DNA of 63,116 bases, the filler included, from Thraustochytrium aureum (lineage: Eukaryota), in NCBI GenBank assembly GCA_012862495.1. It is 5 parts of 4 records of this genome, joined end to end, with 100 filler letters (N's around TTAATTAATTAA, not from the genome) between each part and the next. Parts side by side here need not be neighbours in the genome. Positions count along the whole stretch, not along the records: positions 40,303 to 57,330 come from BLSG01000340.1; positions 57,431 to 63,116 come from BLSG01000341.1; 3 more parts are not named here. One strand, 5' to 3'. The position numbers and the translations under genes were made by a program. The notes under the pieces are model-generated. The model worked only from the letters and a program-made list of their open reading frames with translations. It was not told the origin of the DNA and did no database searches. Shown piece after piece: positions 46,901-58,162 of the stretch. Numbering within the stretch: the stretch's first letter is position 1; each line of letters begins with the position of its first letter.

Positions 46901-49900
46901 TCGGCGCGTCGCCCCTCACGGCAAAATCCGCCGCCCCTGTCACCGCGCCGTCGAGCCGAAGCCTCGTGCAGCGACGAGAAGCTATCGTTCTCTTGGTCCG
47001 CCTCCTCGAGGGCGGCGCTTGCTGCGAGTCGCAGCGCCAGAGCATGGTCGAGGCCTGCGTGAACAATATCAAAGAAAGCAGGTCCGTCCCTCAGAGTTTG
47101 GATGTGCTCCGGCGGATCATCAGCGCGACGCCGCGCGGCAAGGCCTCGTGGTTTTCGCTCTCAGAAGGCCGGCGCTCGCGCAAGGAGGTCGCCATCGAGA
47201 AGCTCGACAAGCAGCACAAGCTCGTCCGAGTGCTATGTGCGGACATGGACAAGTACCAGGCTCGCGTCCGAGCGGCGCTTGGCAGCGCGCACGAGGGTCT
47301 TGGCGACGCCGCCAGCCCGGGTGCTGCCGCCGTCGACAGGTTCAAGCTGCCAGGGAGCTGCTATTCGCACCTCGACCAGCTCGCAGCGCGGTTCGACTTC
47401 CTGCTCTTCCTGCTGACCAACTCTCTGCTCTACCTGCGAAAGCCGGCGGCAAAGTCTCTGTGGGGCGCCATGGTGGTTGAAGCGCTGTCTGCGCGGTCCA
47501 GGGACATTGCTATATCGTGGTTTGGCAAGGCGCAGGCCAGCGGAGGCGGGCGCTACATGCGCGGCCGAGACAGCCGCGACGGCCCAGATGACCCCTCGGA
47601 CCTGTCGGCCCAAGTTGGGCGCCACAGCCCGGCTGCGCCCAGCCCAAGCGCCGGCGCTACATCTGTGGGACAGACAAGCTCCGGCCCAACGAGCGCTGCG
47701 GGCGGGTCGTCTCCAAAAGGCGGCACTTCCCATCCTGGCCAAAGCGCAGTGCAAGGCGGCGCAGGCGCGAGCGGCACTGGGGTGAATGGCGTGGGAGGGA
47801 CGGTCGACGGCTACTTGTCAGCTTCGCGCAAGTCGGTCTTCGCAGACGACGCCCCTGTCGCCCTTTTCCGCGAAGAAATGCAAAACCTCGACGTGGCCCA
47901 CCTTAGCACCACCGCGCTTCGCGTTTACCAGAGCTTCTTCCTCGCGATAAATTACCGCAACAAGGCGATCAGGCGGTCGACAGAGCCTCAACCCGGCGCC
48001 GCGGGCGGCACGGCAAACGGCGGGGCCAACTTTTTGAGCGGCCGGCGCACGCGGCGCCAAGAAGACGCCCTCGCGCTCGCACGTGCGGTTGTCGGGTCGC
48101 AAGAGGCGAGCATGTTTGCGTTCGTGGAGCGAGCTGCGCTTGCGGTGGACGGACTCGAGTTCCTGTGGCGCGCCGCAATGGACGCGGAGCGCAACGACGT
48201 GGGCTTTTCTGCGATATCGCTGCTAGTGCACATGCACGTAAGGCTGAGTCCCAAGCTCCGCGCAAAGCGCGCGCGCTTACAAACCGAGTTCATGCAGCGC
48301 TGCGTCAGCAAGATTGTCGAGGCGGTCAACCGGGCGGAGGAGAGCGCCAGTCCTTGGTCGGAGGAGCGATGCATTCGCCACGCGCGCCGCGCTGCTACAA
48401 CGCTCAAGCTGTTTCTACGCCACTTCAAAAAGACGTGGGCGCAAAAGCCAGTCAACCTCGTGGTGATCCCGCCGGCGATCGGGTTTCCAGGTTCGCTGAC
48501 ACGGCGCGAGTGGATTTCGATGGGGGTCGGGACCTCGTTCAACCTCTGCATCTCCGAGGAGACGCGGCTTGACAACGTGCGCGAGTTGGTGGCAGGTCAC
48601 ATCAAAGTGCCTGCGACGAGCATTTCCTTCCGCAGGGTCAACAACCCTTGCCGAACCGAGGCGGCGACCAGGACGCCCAGCGACCACCATGAGTGGCTTC
48701 AGACCTCCGACTACATGTCCTTCGCCAAGCGCGGCGCGAGCCAGCGCGTGCTCGTGCAGTGGGAGCGCTTCCCCGGCCGCCCCGCCGTTCACGGAAGCCG
48801 ACATGGGGCGCACCGTTGCCGAGCTTGGGCTCATGGACTGGGACATGCTCAAGGTTCTCGACCTCAAAGCGGAAAAGCCTGTCGCGGCGGCCTCGCAGCC
48901 GCCCGCAGGCTCAACAGCGGACACAGCAGCGACCAACTCTGTAGCCTGGCAGCGCCAGCGCCAAGTTGAGCAGGTAGCCGAGCCGCTTGTCTCGGAGGCG
49001 CTCGAAGACGGGTTTGCTGGGTTTGCTGGCGTCGCCGGTGCAGACACGCAGCCAAACCACGAGGCCCTGCTTTCCGCGCTATCCGGCAACGGAGGATCCC
49101 CGTTCTCGCGGCCGCGGACCCCGCCGGTCGCTGCCCCGGCCAATAAGGCGGGCAGGGCGTTGACTGCTGCGGCAGCAGCGCCCGCAGCCAGTGATGGCGG
49201 CGCAGCCGCCAAGTCCACAAGTGTGCCGCTTCCCGGTGCGGCAGATCTAGCAGACTCGGCTAGCGCGCCGCGCAGCCTCAACAGTGCGCTGCAGCCAAGC
49301 AGCCAAGCCAGCGGCGGAGCCAAGCAGGCCTTGCAAGGGCACGGCGAGGAGCAGCCCGCGCAGCCAGGCAGCGCTGCCGTGCCTGCGTCAGGGCCAGCAA
49401 CCTCGCCAGCAACGTCCGTGTCTTCGCTCAAGTACGACGCCGACATGGAGCGAGCGTTTTCTGCCCTCTTTCAAGTTCTGGACCCCAGCAACGGCGCACG
49501 GGAAACGTCGATCAACGCTGACGCTATTGCGACGCGACAGATTTGGGACTCTATTCTTCTGCTCCCAAAGGACGAAGGGCTCGCGCTGCGCATCGACCAG
49601 CTCAAGGAGGACTGGGATACGCTGCTGCCAATCGGCTCGACGCATCGGCTCTTGTACGCGCTCCAGCTCATCCAGGACACACTCCAACTCGTCTCGATCA
49701 GTGGCGCAGGCCTTCAGCCGCCAGTCAACGCGCCAGGGTGGGGCCCCAACAGCGCGGGGGCGGCCCGGACGCGAAAACCGGCCAACCCTGGGGGCGGTGG
49801 CGCCACGGCATCGCCTGTTAATGGGTCAGTCGTGAGCGGCCCGTCGAGCAGCGCGGCATCCAGCGCGCATGGCCAAGTGAACGGCAGTGAGGCGAGCAGC

Positions 49901-52900
49901 GTCGTGCCGAGCCCGCCTGCAGCGCCGTCCAGCGGTCCTCTGGCTTCCGGCGCGGCACCGCAGACTGGGTCGTTTGGCCGCCGCTCCTCGCAGTCGCGCT
50001 TGGGGCAGCCAGCGGAGGCCTGGGCGCGCCGATTTGTGGCACGCGGCGGGCTCGACCACCTCGTCCACATTTTGATCAACCAGGACCAGCTGGAGGGGGG
50101 CCGACGGGTCGAGTGCCTCTGCGTTCTCGTCAAGGTCGTCTCTCGCTTCCTCTTCGGGGACGCGATGTTTCGCGACAGGCTCGCGCGCTTCCTCCCGCGA
50201 GGGTCCGGCGGCAGCGAGGACCACGCTTATCGGAAGGCGAGCCCTGGGGACCGGTCCGGAAACCGCTGGCCGTCGGCGAGGGTCGCTCCGCCAATCCCAG
50301 GGCACAGGCGATCAATGAGCGCGCAAGCGAGCGCCGCTGACTCGAGCACTGCGGCGCAGACCCATGGGCACACGAGAAGCCCCTCGGCCATTTCGACTGG
50401 CAGCGTTCCGCTCCACGCCTTGCAGCGGGACGCCGAGCGGGAGAGCAAGGAACGGGCGACCTCCGGCTCGAAAGGCGGCGAGGCGGTGGACCCGAACGGA
50501 GCCGGTCAGTCAGAGGACAGCCCCTTTCGGCGCTTCTCCACAATGCTCAAGAACCGCGCGCGGCTCCTCGGGTCCAGCATCAAGCGGAGCGTCGAGTCGT
50601 CGAACGCGGCAGACCCCAAGGCGGACCAGGTTCGGCAGGGCGAGTTGATCAAGGGCGAGGCTTGCTCGCGCATTGTGACCTGCGTGCTGGAAGCGACGCT
50701 TGGGGCGGCGCGAGGCAACGTCGCCTCGGAACAGCTGCGTACGCTCGTCGGGCACAGCATGTACCTCGTCATGAGCTGCGTGTGCCTGGGCGGCACAGAG
50801 ACAGTGCGCGCCATCTCGGCCTTTGGGCCGCTGCGAGAGTGGGCCGAGCGCCTGGTGATCTACTGCGATGACGTAGAGACACGCGACGCGGCCTCTCAGG
50901 GTATCCTCATGCTTTGCTCTCTGGTGAACNNNNNNNNNNNNNNNNNNNNNNNNNNNNNNNNNNNNNNNNNNNNNNNNNNNNNNNNNNNNNNNNNNNNNNN
51001 NNNNNNNNNNNNNNNNNNNNNNNNNNNNNNNNNNNNNNNNNNNNNNNNNNNNNNNNNNNNNNNNNNNNNNNNNNNNNNNNNNNNNNNNNNNNNNNNNNNN
51101 NNNNNNNNNNNNNNNNNNNNNNNNNNNNNNNNNNNNNNNNNNNNNNNNNNNNNNNNNNNNNNNNCGCCGGCGAGGACGTCGCCGCGGCGGCGGCGTCGCC
51201 GACTTCAGCAAGGAGCAGGCAGACGGCCGGAGACGACGGCGGCGGCAACGGTAGCGGCGCTGACAGCGACACTGACGATGCGAGCGACGGGTCGGCTTCT
51301 GTGGTGCAAGGCGAGCCCCTCGGTAGTGCTGGCCTTGCTGAAAGCCCAGAAGCGGAGACGACGAAGCGCGTTGCATTCTTCGACTCGTTGTTTGACCGCG
51401 CCACCGAGGCGCTCATGAATCACGAGTCGCTCGAGAGCTTTCACTCGGTGCGCCAGGACAATCTCATGATCGGGCTCTTGCGCTTGATGCGTACTCTGGT
51501 CGCGAAGCAGCCGCGGCTCAAGGAGCGCGCCACGCACAATGGGCTTCTCACGGTGCTCTACCACGACTTTTTGTACACGCCCAGCTTTGGCGGCGCGAGC
51601 GACGTCGCCCCCGCTGGGGCCGACGCTGGAGAGCTCGGGCCGCCGCGTACGTCTCCGGCGGCGGGAAGCGCTTCGCGTGCGAAGGGCCTGCTGCGGCGCT
51701 CGTTGAGCGGGCAAAGCCTGATCCTGCACGACCGTAGTGCCCGGTGCAAGACCAAGGCGAGTCGGGACACTTGCCTCGCGTTGCTGCTAGAGTTGTGCGA
51801 AGGGTCTGGAAGGAGCCTGGCGCACTTGGGTCGCTTGCTCGATGAAGAGGGCGTCGGCGGCTCGCGGCGCGCAGAGTTTGGGGTGCGGTTCCAGCGCGAG
51901 TGGAACTACAACCCGCTGACGCTGGCCAAACACCCGACGCAATTTGCGGGGCTGAAAAACCAGGGGGCCACGTGCTACATGAACTCGCTGCTTCAGCAGC
52001 TGTACCACATTCCGTCTTTCGCGGAGGCGGTCTTGGGCATGCATGCCAAAAGTGGCTCGTTGCTGCACGAGCTGCAAATCACGTTCGGATCGCTTCGGGT
52101 GAGCACGCGGCATTATTACGACACGCTGCCGCTCTGCAAAGCGCTGAGCGAGGTCGATGGCACCCCCGTCAACCTATCCGAGCAAAAGGACGCGAACGAA
52201 TTTGCCACGCACGTGTTCGACAAGCTTGAGTCCGAGTCGAGCGAAGCCAAGGAGGCGCTTGACGAGCACTTTGGTGGGATCCTGATAAACCAGATCATCA
52301 GCAAGGACGCAGACAACCCGTACGTTTCTGAGCGCACTGAGCCGTTCCGCATCCTCCCGCTCGACATCCGCGGCCACAGCGACCTCCTTGGCGCGCTCGA
52401 CGGCCTCGTGCAGAGCGAGCTCCTCACGGGCGACAATCAGTATCGCCTCGACTCGGGCGAGAAGGTGGACGCGATGAAACGAACGTGCATCAAGGAGGCG
52501 CCAAATCACTTGATCATCAACTTGAAGCGCTTCGAGTTTGACCTGCAGACTTTGACCAAGCGCAAGCTCAACGACCGGTTCGAGTTTCCGCTGGACCTGG
52601 ACCTCGAGCCGTACACGTACGAGTATCTTTCGCGCCAGGGAGACCGCGGCGCGGCCAACAAGCCTGCGGTTGCTAGCACCATCGATCGGGAGGACACCGC
52701 GCGGGCCTCGCCTCGCAGCGGTGCTGGAGCAGCGTCAACCAGCCCGCGCGACCCGACCAGCCCGCGCGACCCGACCAGCCCGCGCGACCCGACCGCCGCC
52801 CACGGCACCGACGTTTCGGACAACGACGACGAGGTTCACAGCGGCTCAGGGGGGACGAGTACGCCCCGGAGCGACCTCAAGCGCGGTCGAGAGGAGGACG

Positions 52901-55611
52901 ACGAGGAGGACGAGGACGAGGAAGAGGACCAGCAAGGCGATGGGGGTGGCACTCCGCGACAGATCCCGGAGCCCGGGAGGGTCGTGTCGCTGGATCGGCG
53001 CGCTGGGCCGGCCGACGATTTGAGCCCGGGCCAGTACGAGTATGAGCTTGTGGGCGTGCTGGCTCACACTGGGACGATGGACTCTGGCNNNNNNNNNNNN
53101 NNNNNNNNNNNNNNNNNNNNNNNNNNNNNNNNNNNNNNNNNNNNNNNNNNNNNNNNNNNNNNNNNNNNNNNNNNNNNNNNNNNNNNNNNNNNNNNNNNNN
53201 NNNNNNGACTGCTTTGGCGGCTCGTCCTCGTTCGGCGGAGCTGGCCCAAACGCGCCCAAGATACCAAACCAGCGCAACGCTTACATCCTTGTGTACGACC
53301 GCAAGAGGCTCAGCAGCAGCAGCAGTCGAGGGGCAGCGGCGGGCGACCAGGTGCGCCCTGGGCTGCGCGCCGCGCGCCGGAGCCTGCTCGCGAGGCGCGG
53401 GCCCTCGCCGTCCTTCCTCAGCGACATGCCGGAGTTGAACGGCGGCGACAGTGACAGCCGGCGTGATTCAATGGACTTTCTGGAGTTTGAGGAGGACGAG
53501 TCCGACGGAGACGTTGAGGCTAGCGGCCTGCTGTCGAGTCCTGTGAATGAGGACAGCGAGCGCAGTCTGATGCGGGGGCGCTCGAGCACGGGCAGCAGCA
53601 GCATTGGACTCAGCAGCGAAGACGGTGGCTCTGTGGCCATTGTGGAGGTATCCTGTGCGCCTTTGAGTCCGGCGGCCGCAATGGGCTCCCCGCGAAGCGG
53701 AAAGGTGGAGCGACCGGGCCGCGCGTTGCTCTCTGTGGCTGTGCCTCCCTGCGGTGCGAGCCAGTGGGACCGCTTCGTGGGCCGCCTGGGTGTTGACGAG
53801 CGCGGCGCCGAGTTACTCCGGCACTTTATGCTCAAGCGCAAGCGGCCCGAGGACGGTGGGGCGCCGGGCGGTGTGGTCGAGGAGGACGAAGCGCAGCGGC
53901 TCGAGGACGAGCTCGCTGCGAGCGGGAAGCGGTCGACAATGATGCGTCTGCCCTCGCACGTGGTCGACGCAATTCTTCGGGATAACCTCACCTTCACCAA
54001 GCACAACTATGTGTTTGATGCAGCCACTTTCAAGCTGGCGTGGAACCTGCAGCGAGCCGCGCTGGAGGTTCGCGACGCCAATCGCGAAAACCAGACGGCC
54101 TTGGAGCGCGTCCTGCGGTCATCATGCCGTTTCCTGGTCGATGTCGCTGCGCACGCCTGGGACCCTTTCGTGCGCGGCCTCTTCCCGGCGTGGGGCGGCC
54201 GCTTGCGCGAGATGCTCATCCGGTCGAAGCCTGGTTGCGCCTGGCTGCTGAAGCAGTTTGCGACAGGGAATTGGAGCAAGATCGTCTTCCTCGAGTGCCC
54301 CAAGGTCGGCCTGCACCACTTGATGGCGGATTTGTTGACCGTCTGCCTGCAGCAGCTGTCGGGCTCGCAGGGGGCGGCTGAGGCCGCGCTGGAGCCTTTG
54401 AAAGAGGCGGACGCTGAAAGCGATGCAGGCGAGGAGGCACTTCCAAAGCCGCCTGGTCACTACATGCACGTCTGCGCAGAGTTTGTTGACGCCTGGATCG
54501 ACGTGCTGGGCGCTGTTGGGCCGTCCATCAAACTTCGCCCGCAGTACTATACCGTCCTCTGCGCCTACGCGCAGGCCGGGGATGAGCAGCGGCGGCACCT
54601 GCGTCAACGAGCGATTCTTCCGCGCCTGACGGAGGCGTATATCGGAGAAGCGCCGTTGAACGGGCTCGGGTTTGGCACCGCCAAAGAGGGCTTTGAGGCA
54701 ACGACCAAGCTGGTCGAGCTCATTGTCCGCTCGTACATCAGCTGCCCGGCGCTGGGCTCGCCTGCTTCTCGTTCGGCGGTTGACGCGATTGCGCCCCCAG
54801 GCGAGGCTCAGCAAGGTCCTCAGCCGACGGAAAGGCACTCGGCGTCCGAGCTTGGCGGCGCGGAGTCGAACGAGTTGCAGCTTTCCGAGCGCGAGCGCGA
54901 GGAGGGGCCCGGCAGCAGCCGAAGCGGCGGCCAAAGAAGGCCAGCTTGGCGAAGTCGAGGCGGACGCGGCGCCGACGGAGGCCGACCTCGTTGAGAGGCT
55001 CGTGCACAACACGCCCTTCCTCGAGCGAATCCTCGCGAACAACCCGGTTCTGGCTCGTGATGTCATCGTCATGCTCGCGGTATCTTCAAGGCGGTTCGCC
55101 ATGGCGCTCTTGGCGTTCGCGACGAACGTTGTGGTCAAGCAGACCGTGTCAGGTGTGCTGTACAAGGTCCTCGCGACGCTGCGAATCATCCAGGACTTGC
55201 TTTTGGCAACTGCTAGCGCGGATGCGGAGCAGCTAAAGTCGCGCGAGAGCCCAAAGTCGGGCCGCAGCGGCGGTAATGGCGAGCGAAAGAGCCCTGCGCA
55301 GGTGCGCGCCGAGTATGCGATTCCGAGGCTCGTGCGGCAGCTCTCGACGGTGCAGCAGCACCAGGTGTCGCGCGCAGAGTTTTTCGCTACCACTGTTCGC
55401 ACGTTTTGCTCAAGTGCGCTGCGCGGGACGAGGCTTCGCGGCAAGTTTTGCTGGAGCAGCGCAGGGAGATGGAGTCTTGGCACAAGAAGTAGTAGTTCGG
55501 GGGATCGAGTCTTTCAATTTCGAGAAAGAAAAGCCCGTCAGCAAGGGGTTTAAGTTAAGCAACGAGTCCCAGCGAGGGACCGCAGCAGTAGATGCCAGGA
55601 AGGAGCCCTAG
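43909..55611 (+). CDS. Giant ubiquitin-specific protease of the USP9X/USP24/USP34 (FAF) type, ~3800 aa; several frameshifts and gaps
   Basis: Cys box AGLKNQGATCYMNSLLQQLY (~51945), EQKDANEF, LIINLKRFEFD..KLNDRFEFP..LDLEPY, His box YELVGVLAHTGTMDSG, NAYILVY. ARM-like N-terminal region (NLHLELLQRS, HLRLLYAL-like HRLLYALQLI). Frameshifts at ~48773, ~54905 and ~55430. Confidence 0.88.
52738..52794 (+). repeat. 18-bp coding tandem repeat (TSPRDP)x3 inside the USP catalytic-domain insertion
   Basis: accagcccgcgcgacccg repeated three times. Confidence 0.9.
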
Positions 55612-55865
55612 CCATACGTGACAGCGAGGAAGCGGGCGGGGCGGCGGGGGTTTGGCTCGGCATCGTGCCATGGCCGTGCGTGCTCAGGCTTACGTACTGG
55701 CGACTTGGGGTGCACGAGCGGAGGACAGCGACGTAAAATGATTGGTTGCCTTTACTGTGTAGCTTGCCGCCCTACTTTCCACTGCTTGCTGCAAAACGGC
55801 CACCTGCCCTTTGGTCTACGTTGTCGAGCGAGGGGCGCCGCGACACAGACATGTTTCTGCGTTAT

Positions 55866-56099
55866 CTAGGCCAGCGGGCCCTTGATCAGGTTCTTGGCAT
55901 ACTTGTCCAGGATGGTCGGCTTGTGCAGCATGTTGAACTCCTCGGTGGCGTCCTTGCCAGCGTACAGCAGAATGGCTTTCTTGCCACCGGGGTGGTCGCC
56001 GAGAAAGCTCGTCACGTCGTACACCTTGCCGCTGATCGAGATCCAGCAGTCATCGGCCGTGTTGTGCTTGGCCATTTCCTCCTTGGTAATCGCGCTCAT
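55866..56099 (-). CDS. Soluble cytochrome b5 heme-binding protein (77 aa, no TM tail)
   Basis: EEMAKHNTADDCWISISGKVYDVTSFLGDHPGG..AGKDATEEFNMLH. Confidence 0.93.
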   Translation of the reverse strand: MSAITKEEMAKHNTADDCWISISGKVYDVTSFLGDHPGGKKAILLYAGKDATEEFNMLHKPTILDKYAKNLIKGPLA

Positions 56100-56280
56100 C
56101 CTTCCTCTGCAGCAGCCACCCGCCGCGTCAGCCACCCAGCCTCGCCGTTGGCCGCCCGTCGGCCAGCCTCGCCAGGAGGAGCCACCACCTCCAGCGCGTC
56201 CGCGACCGTCCAAGATCGGACCAACCCTTCCAGTCCATCCATCCACCGTCCCGCACGCCGCCACATCCGCGCGCCAACGT

Positions 56281-56340
56281 ACCTGCTGCTCCTACTGCTC
56301 CTACTGCTCCTACTCCTGCTGCTGCTGCTGCTGCTGCTCG
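56281..56340. repeat. (CTGCTCCTA)n / (CTG)n microsatellite
   Basis: Seen directly in the sequence. Confidence 0.85.
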
Positions 56341-56607
56341 TGGCTGATGATCGCTCGCTCCTGCGCCGCTGCTGTCGTTCGGGGTCTGAACTGCTGCAAC
56401 CCACTCGCCTGGTACATGGGCGCCACCATAATCTCTCGGTGAAACTAACCCATCACGGTGTGAGGTGAATAGGGAAATTCTTCGGGGAAATGATTCCCCG
56501 GATTGGGCGGGGGCAGGGGGCAGGTGTGAGGGACACGGGCACGTTTGATTGTTTGTGAGTCAGTCCGGTCGTCAAGTCAGTCCGCTCGAAAGGGTGTCTG
56601 AGAGGAG

Positions 56608-56835
56608 ATCTGCTCTTTGTTCTCTAGATGAATGTGCTCTCTGTTCGTTGTGTGTTCTCTGTTCGTTTTGCATGATGTGTTCTCTGTTCTGTTCTTTGGG
56701 TGCTCTTTGTTCGTTTTACAAGATGTGTTCTCTGATCATGAGCAACACCATGTTCGCTTTGAACGATCTGCTCGCTGTTCGTTGCCAATGAACAACATTG
56801 TGCTCGTTTTGAACGAGCTGATCGCTGTTCGCTCG
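56608..56835. repeat. Degenerate T-rich minisatellite (tgttctctg / tgttcg units)
   Basis: Repeated tgtgttctctg and ctctttgttc units, plus two ~33-bp copies of tttgaacga.ctg.tcgctgttcg. Confidence 0.65.
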
Positions 56836-57330
56836 TCTGGAGTCTGGAGCCAAGGGAGTCAAGGCAAAGGCAGGCGGCCGCGCATCTTGATTGATCGTGG
56901 CCGAGTTGACGCGCGTGCGACAACGTCCGTTTGCCGATGATGAGCGTTGCGGCAGGCGAGCGCCTCGATCGCATCAGCATGACAGCCGCGCGTGAAACAG
57001 CTTTCGCCGACGGCCGCCAGCGACGCCAGCAGCTCCCGCACATCACCCGGCGACGTCGCCGCGCCAGGCGTCCCAGGCACAGACCCGCTCGCGCCTCAAC
57101 AAACCCTCTGGGCGGCGCAGGCGTCGCGCGCCGAGACGAGCCCTTGGCGTTTTATCCTCGGGAGGACCTGACGCCCCTCGAGGTATCCCCCGGGGCGAAG
57201 ACGCAAGTGGGTCACGACGAGCAGTGACTGACTGCTGCGTGCTGCGACGGTTGCGACGCGTGGGGGGTCGAGACGCGAGAGCGGCTGCTGATTCGCGTTT
57301 GACTGACGCACGAAGTACTGCCTCATCAGG

Positions 57331-57430
57331 NNNNNNNNNNNNNNNNNNNNNNNNNNNNNNNNNNNNNNNNNNNNTTAATTAATTAANNNNNNNNNNNNNN
57401 NNNNNNNNNNNNNNNNNNNNNNNNNNNNNN
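57331..57430. other. Artificial scaffold-joining spacer
   Basis: TTAATTAATTAA at 57375-57386 between N runs. Confidence 0.95.
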
Positions 57431-57507
57431 CACCGCCACCACCTTGAAGCCACGTGATCAAGCCCGCTGGTGCGCGCTGGACCGCCGCAACTCACCAGAC
57501 CAGCAGT

Positions 57508-57851
57508 CACCAACAAACTGGCTGAAGAACAGTCAGTCGTGCTGGAGGCGCCTCCCAGCGAATCGTCGCGAGTGCGGAGCTTGGTCCCTCAGGCTGCATC
57601 TCCCGGCAAAGAATCAAGCTTGCCAGTCAACAGGTCGATGTGAACCGAGCGGAAGATGAGGTAGAGTACCGGTACAAGCTCTAGCTCTAGCTAGAGAGAG
57701 AGCAACGCAGCGCTGATTGCCCTGACCAAGGAGGATCCGAGCAACGCAGCGCCGACTGTCCCGACCAATCCCGACCAACAGACACCAACAAACTGGCTGA
57801 AGAACAGTCAGTCGTGCTGGAGGCACCTCCCAGCGAATCGTCGCGAGTGCG
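57508..57851. repeat. 69-bp direct repeat (57508-57576 and 57783-57851)
   Basis: caccaacaaactggctgaagaacagtcagtcgtgctggaggc(g/a)cctcccagcgaatcgtcgcgagtgcg; one mismatch; degenerate similarity continues ~35 bp further. Confidence 0.92.
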
Positions 57852-58100
57852 ACGCGTGGTCCCGGCTTCTCCCAGCAAAGAAGATCCGACGTGTGCTCTA
57901 CTCTAGAGGCAGAGAAGCAATCAGAGACATCGTGCGCAAAGGTATTTACCGCCGAAGACAAGGCGAGCACGTCGTGGACGCAACCGCGACTGCCACCTTG
58001 CTCGAAACGGTTGAGGTACCGGTACGTGATGCGTTCATCAAGCAGCCCTTGGCGCAGGTCAGCAAACCCGCAACGATAGCAACGAAGCGAAGGCATCTAC

Positions 58101-58162
58101 AGCACAAGGCAAGCACAAGGCAAGCACAAAGCAAGCACAAGGCAAGCACAAGGCAAGCACAA
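58101..58162 (+). repeat. 11-bp tandem repeat (AGCACAAGGCA)x~5.6 abutting the Mx-like start codon
   Basis: Seen directly; the last partial unit supplies the A of ATG. Confidence 0.9.

Noticed and set aside
2608..55440. About ten genes broken by single-base frameshifts (2610, 17045, 22912, 30645, 35093, 38488, 41870, 48773, 54905, 55430): programmed ribosomal frameshifting or mass pseudogenisation?
   Set aside because: Most lie at homopolymer runs, go in both directions, share no slippery motif and hit conserved genes (NPL4, USP). This is the typical pattern of homopolymer indel sequencing error.
34734..55611. NPL4 plus USP as a ubiquitin gene cluster
   Set aside because: They are separated by an artificial scaffold spacer at 40247, so linkage is unsupported.
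19774..57386. Repeated TTAATTAATTAA palindrome as a transposon target site or biological motif
   Set aside because: It is always centred in a 100-nt N spacer, so it is an artificial six-frame-stop linker.
56608..58162. Short repeats as a CRISPR-like array
   Set aside because: There are no constant repeats with unique equal-length spacers, no cas genes, and the context is eukaryotic.
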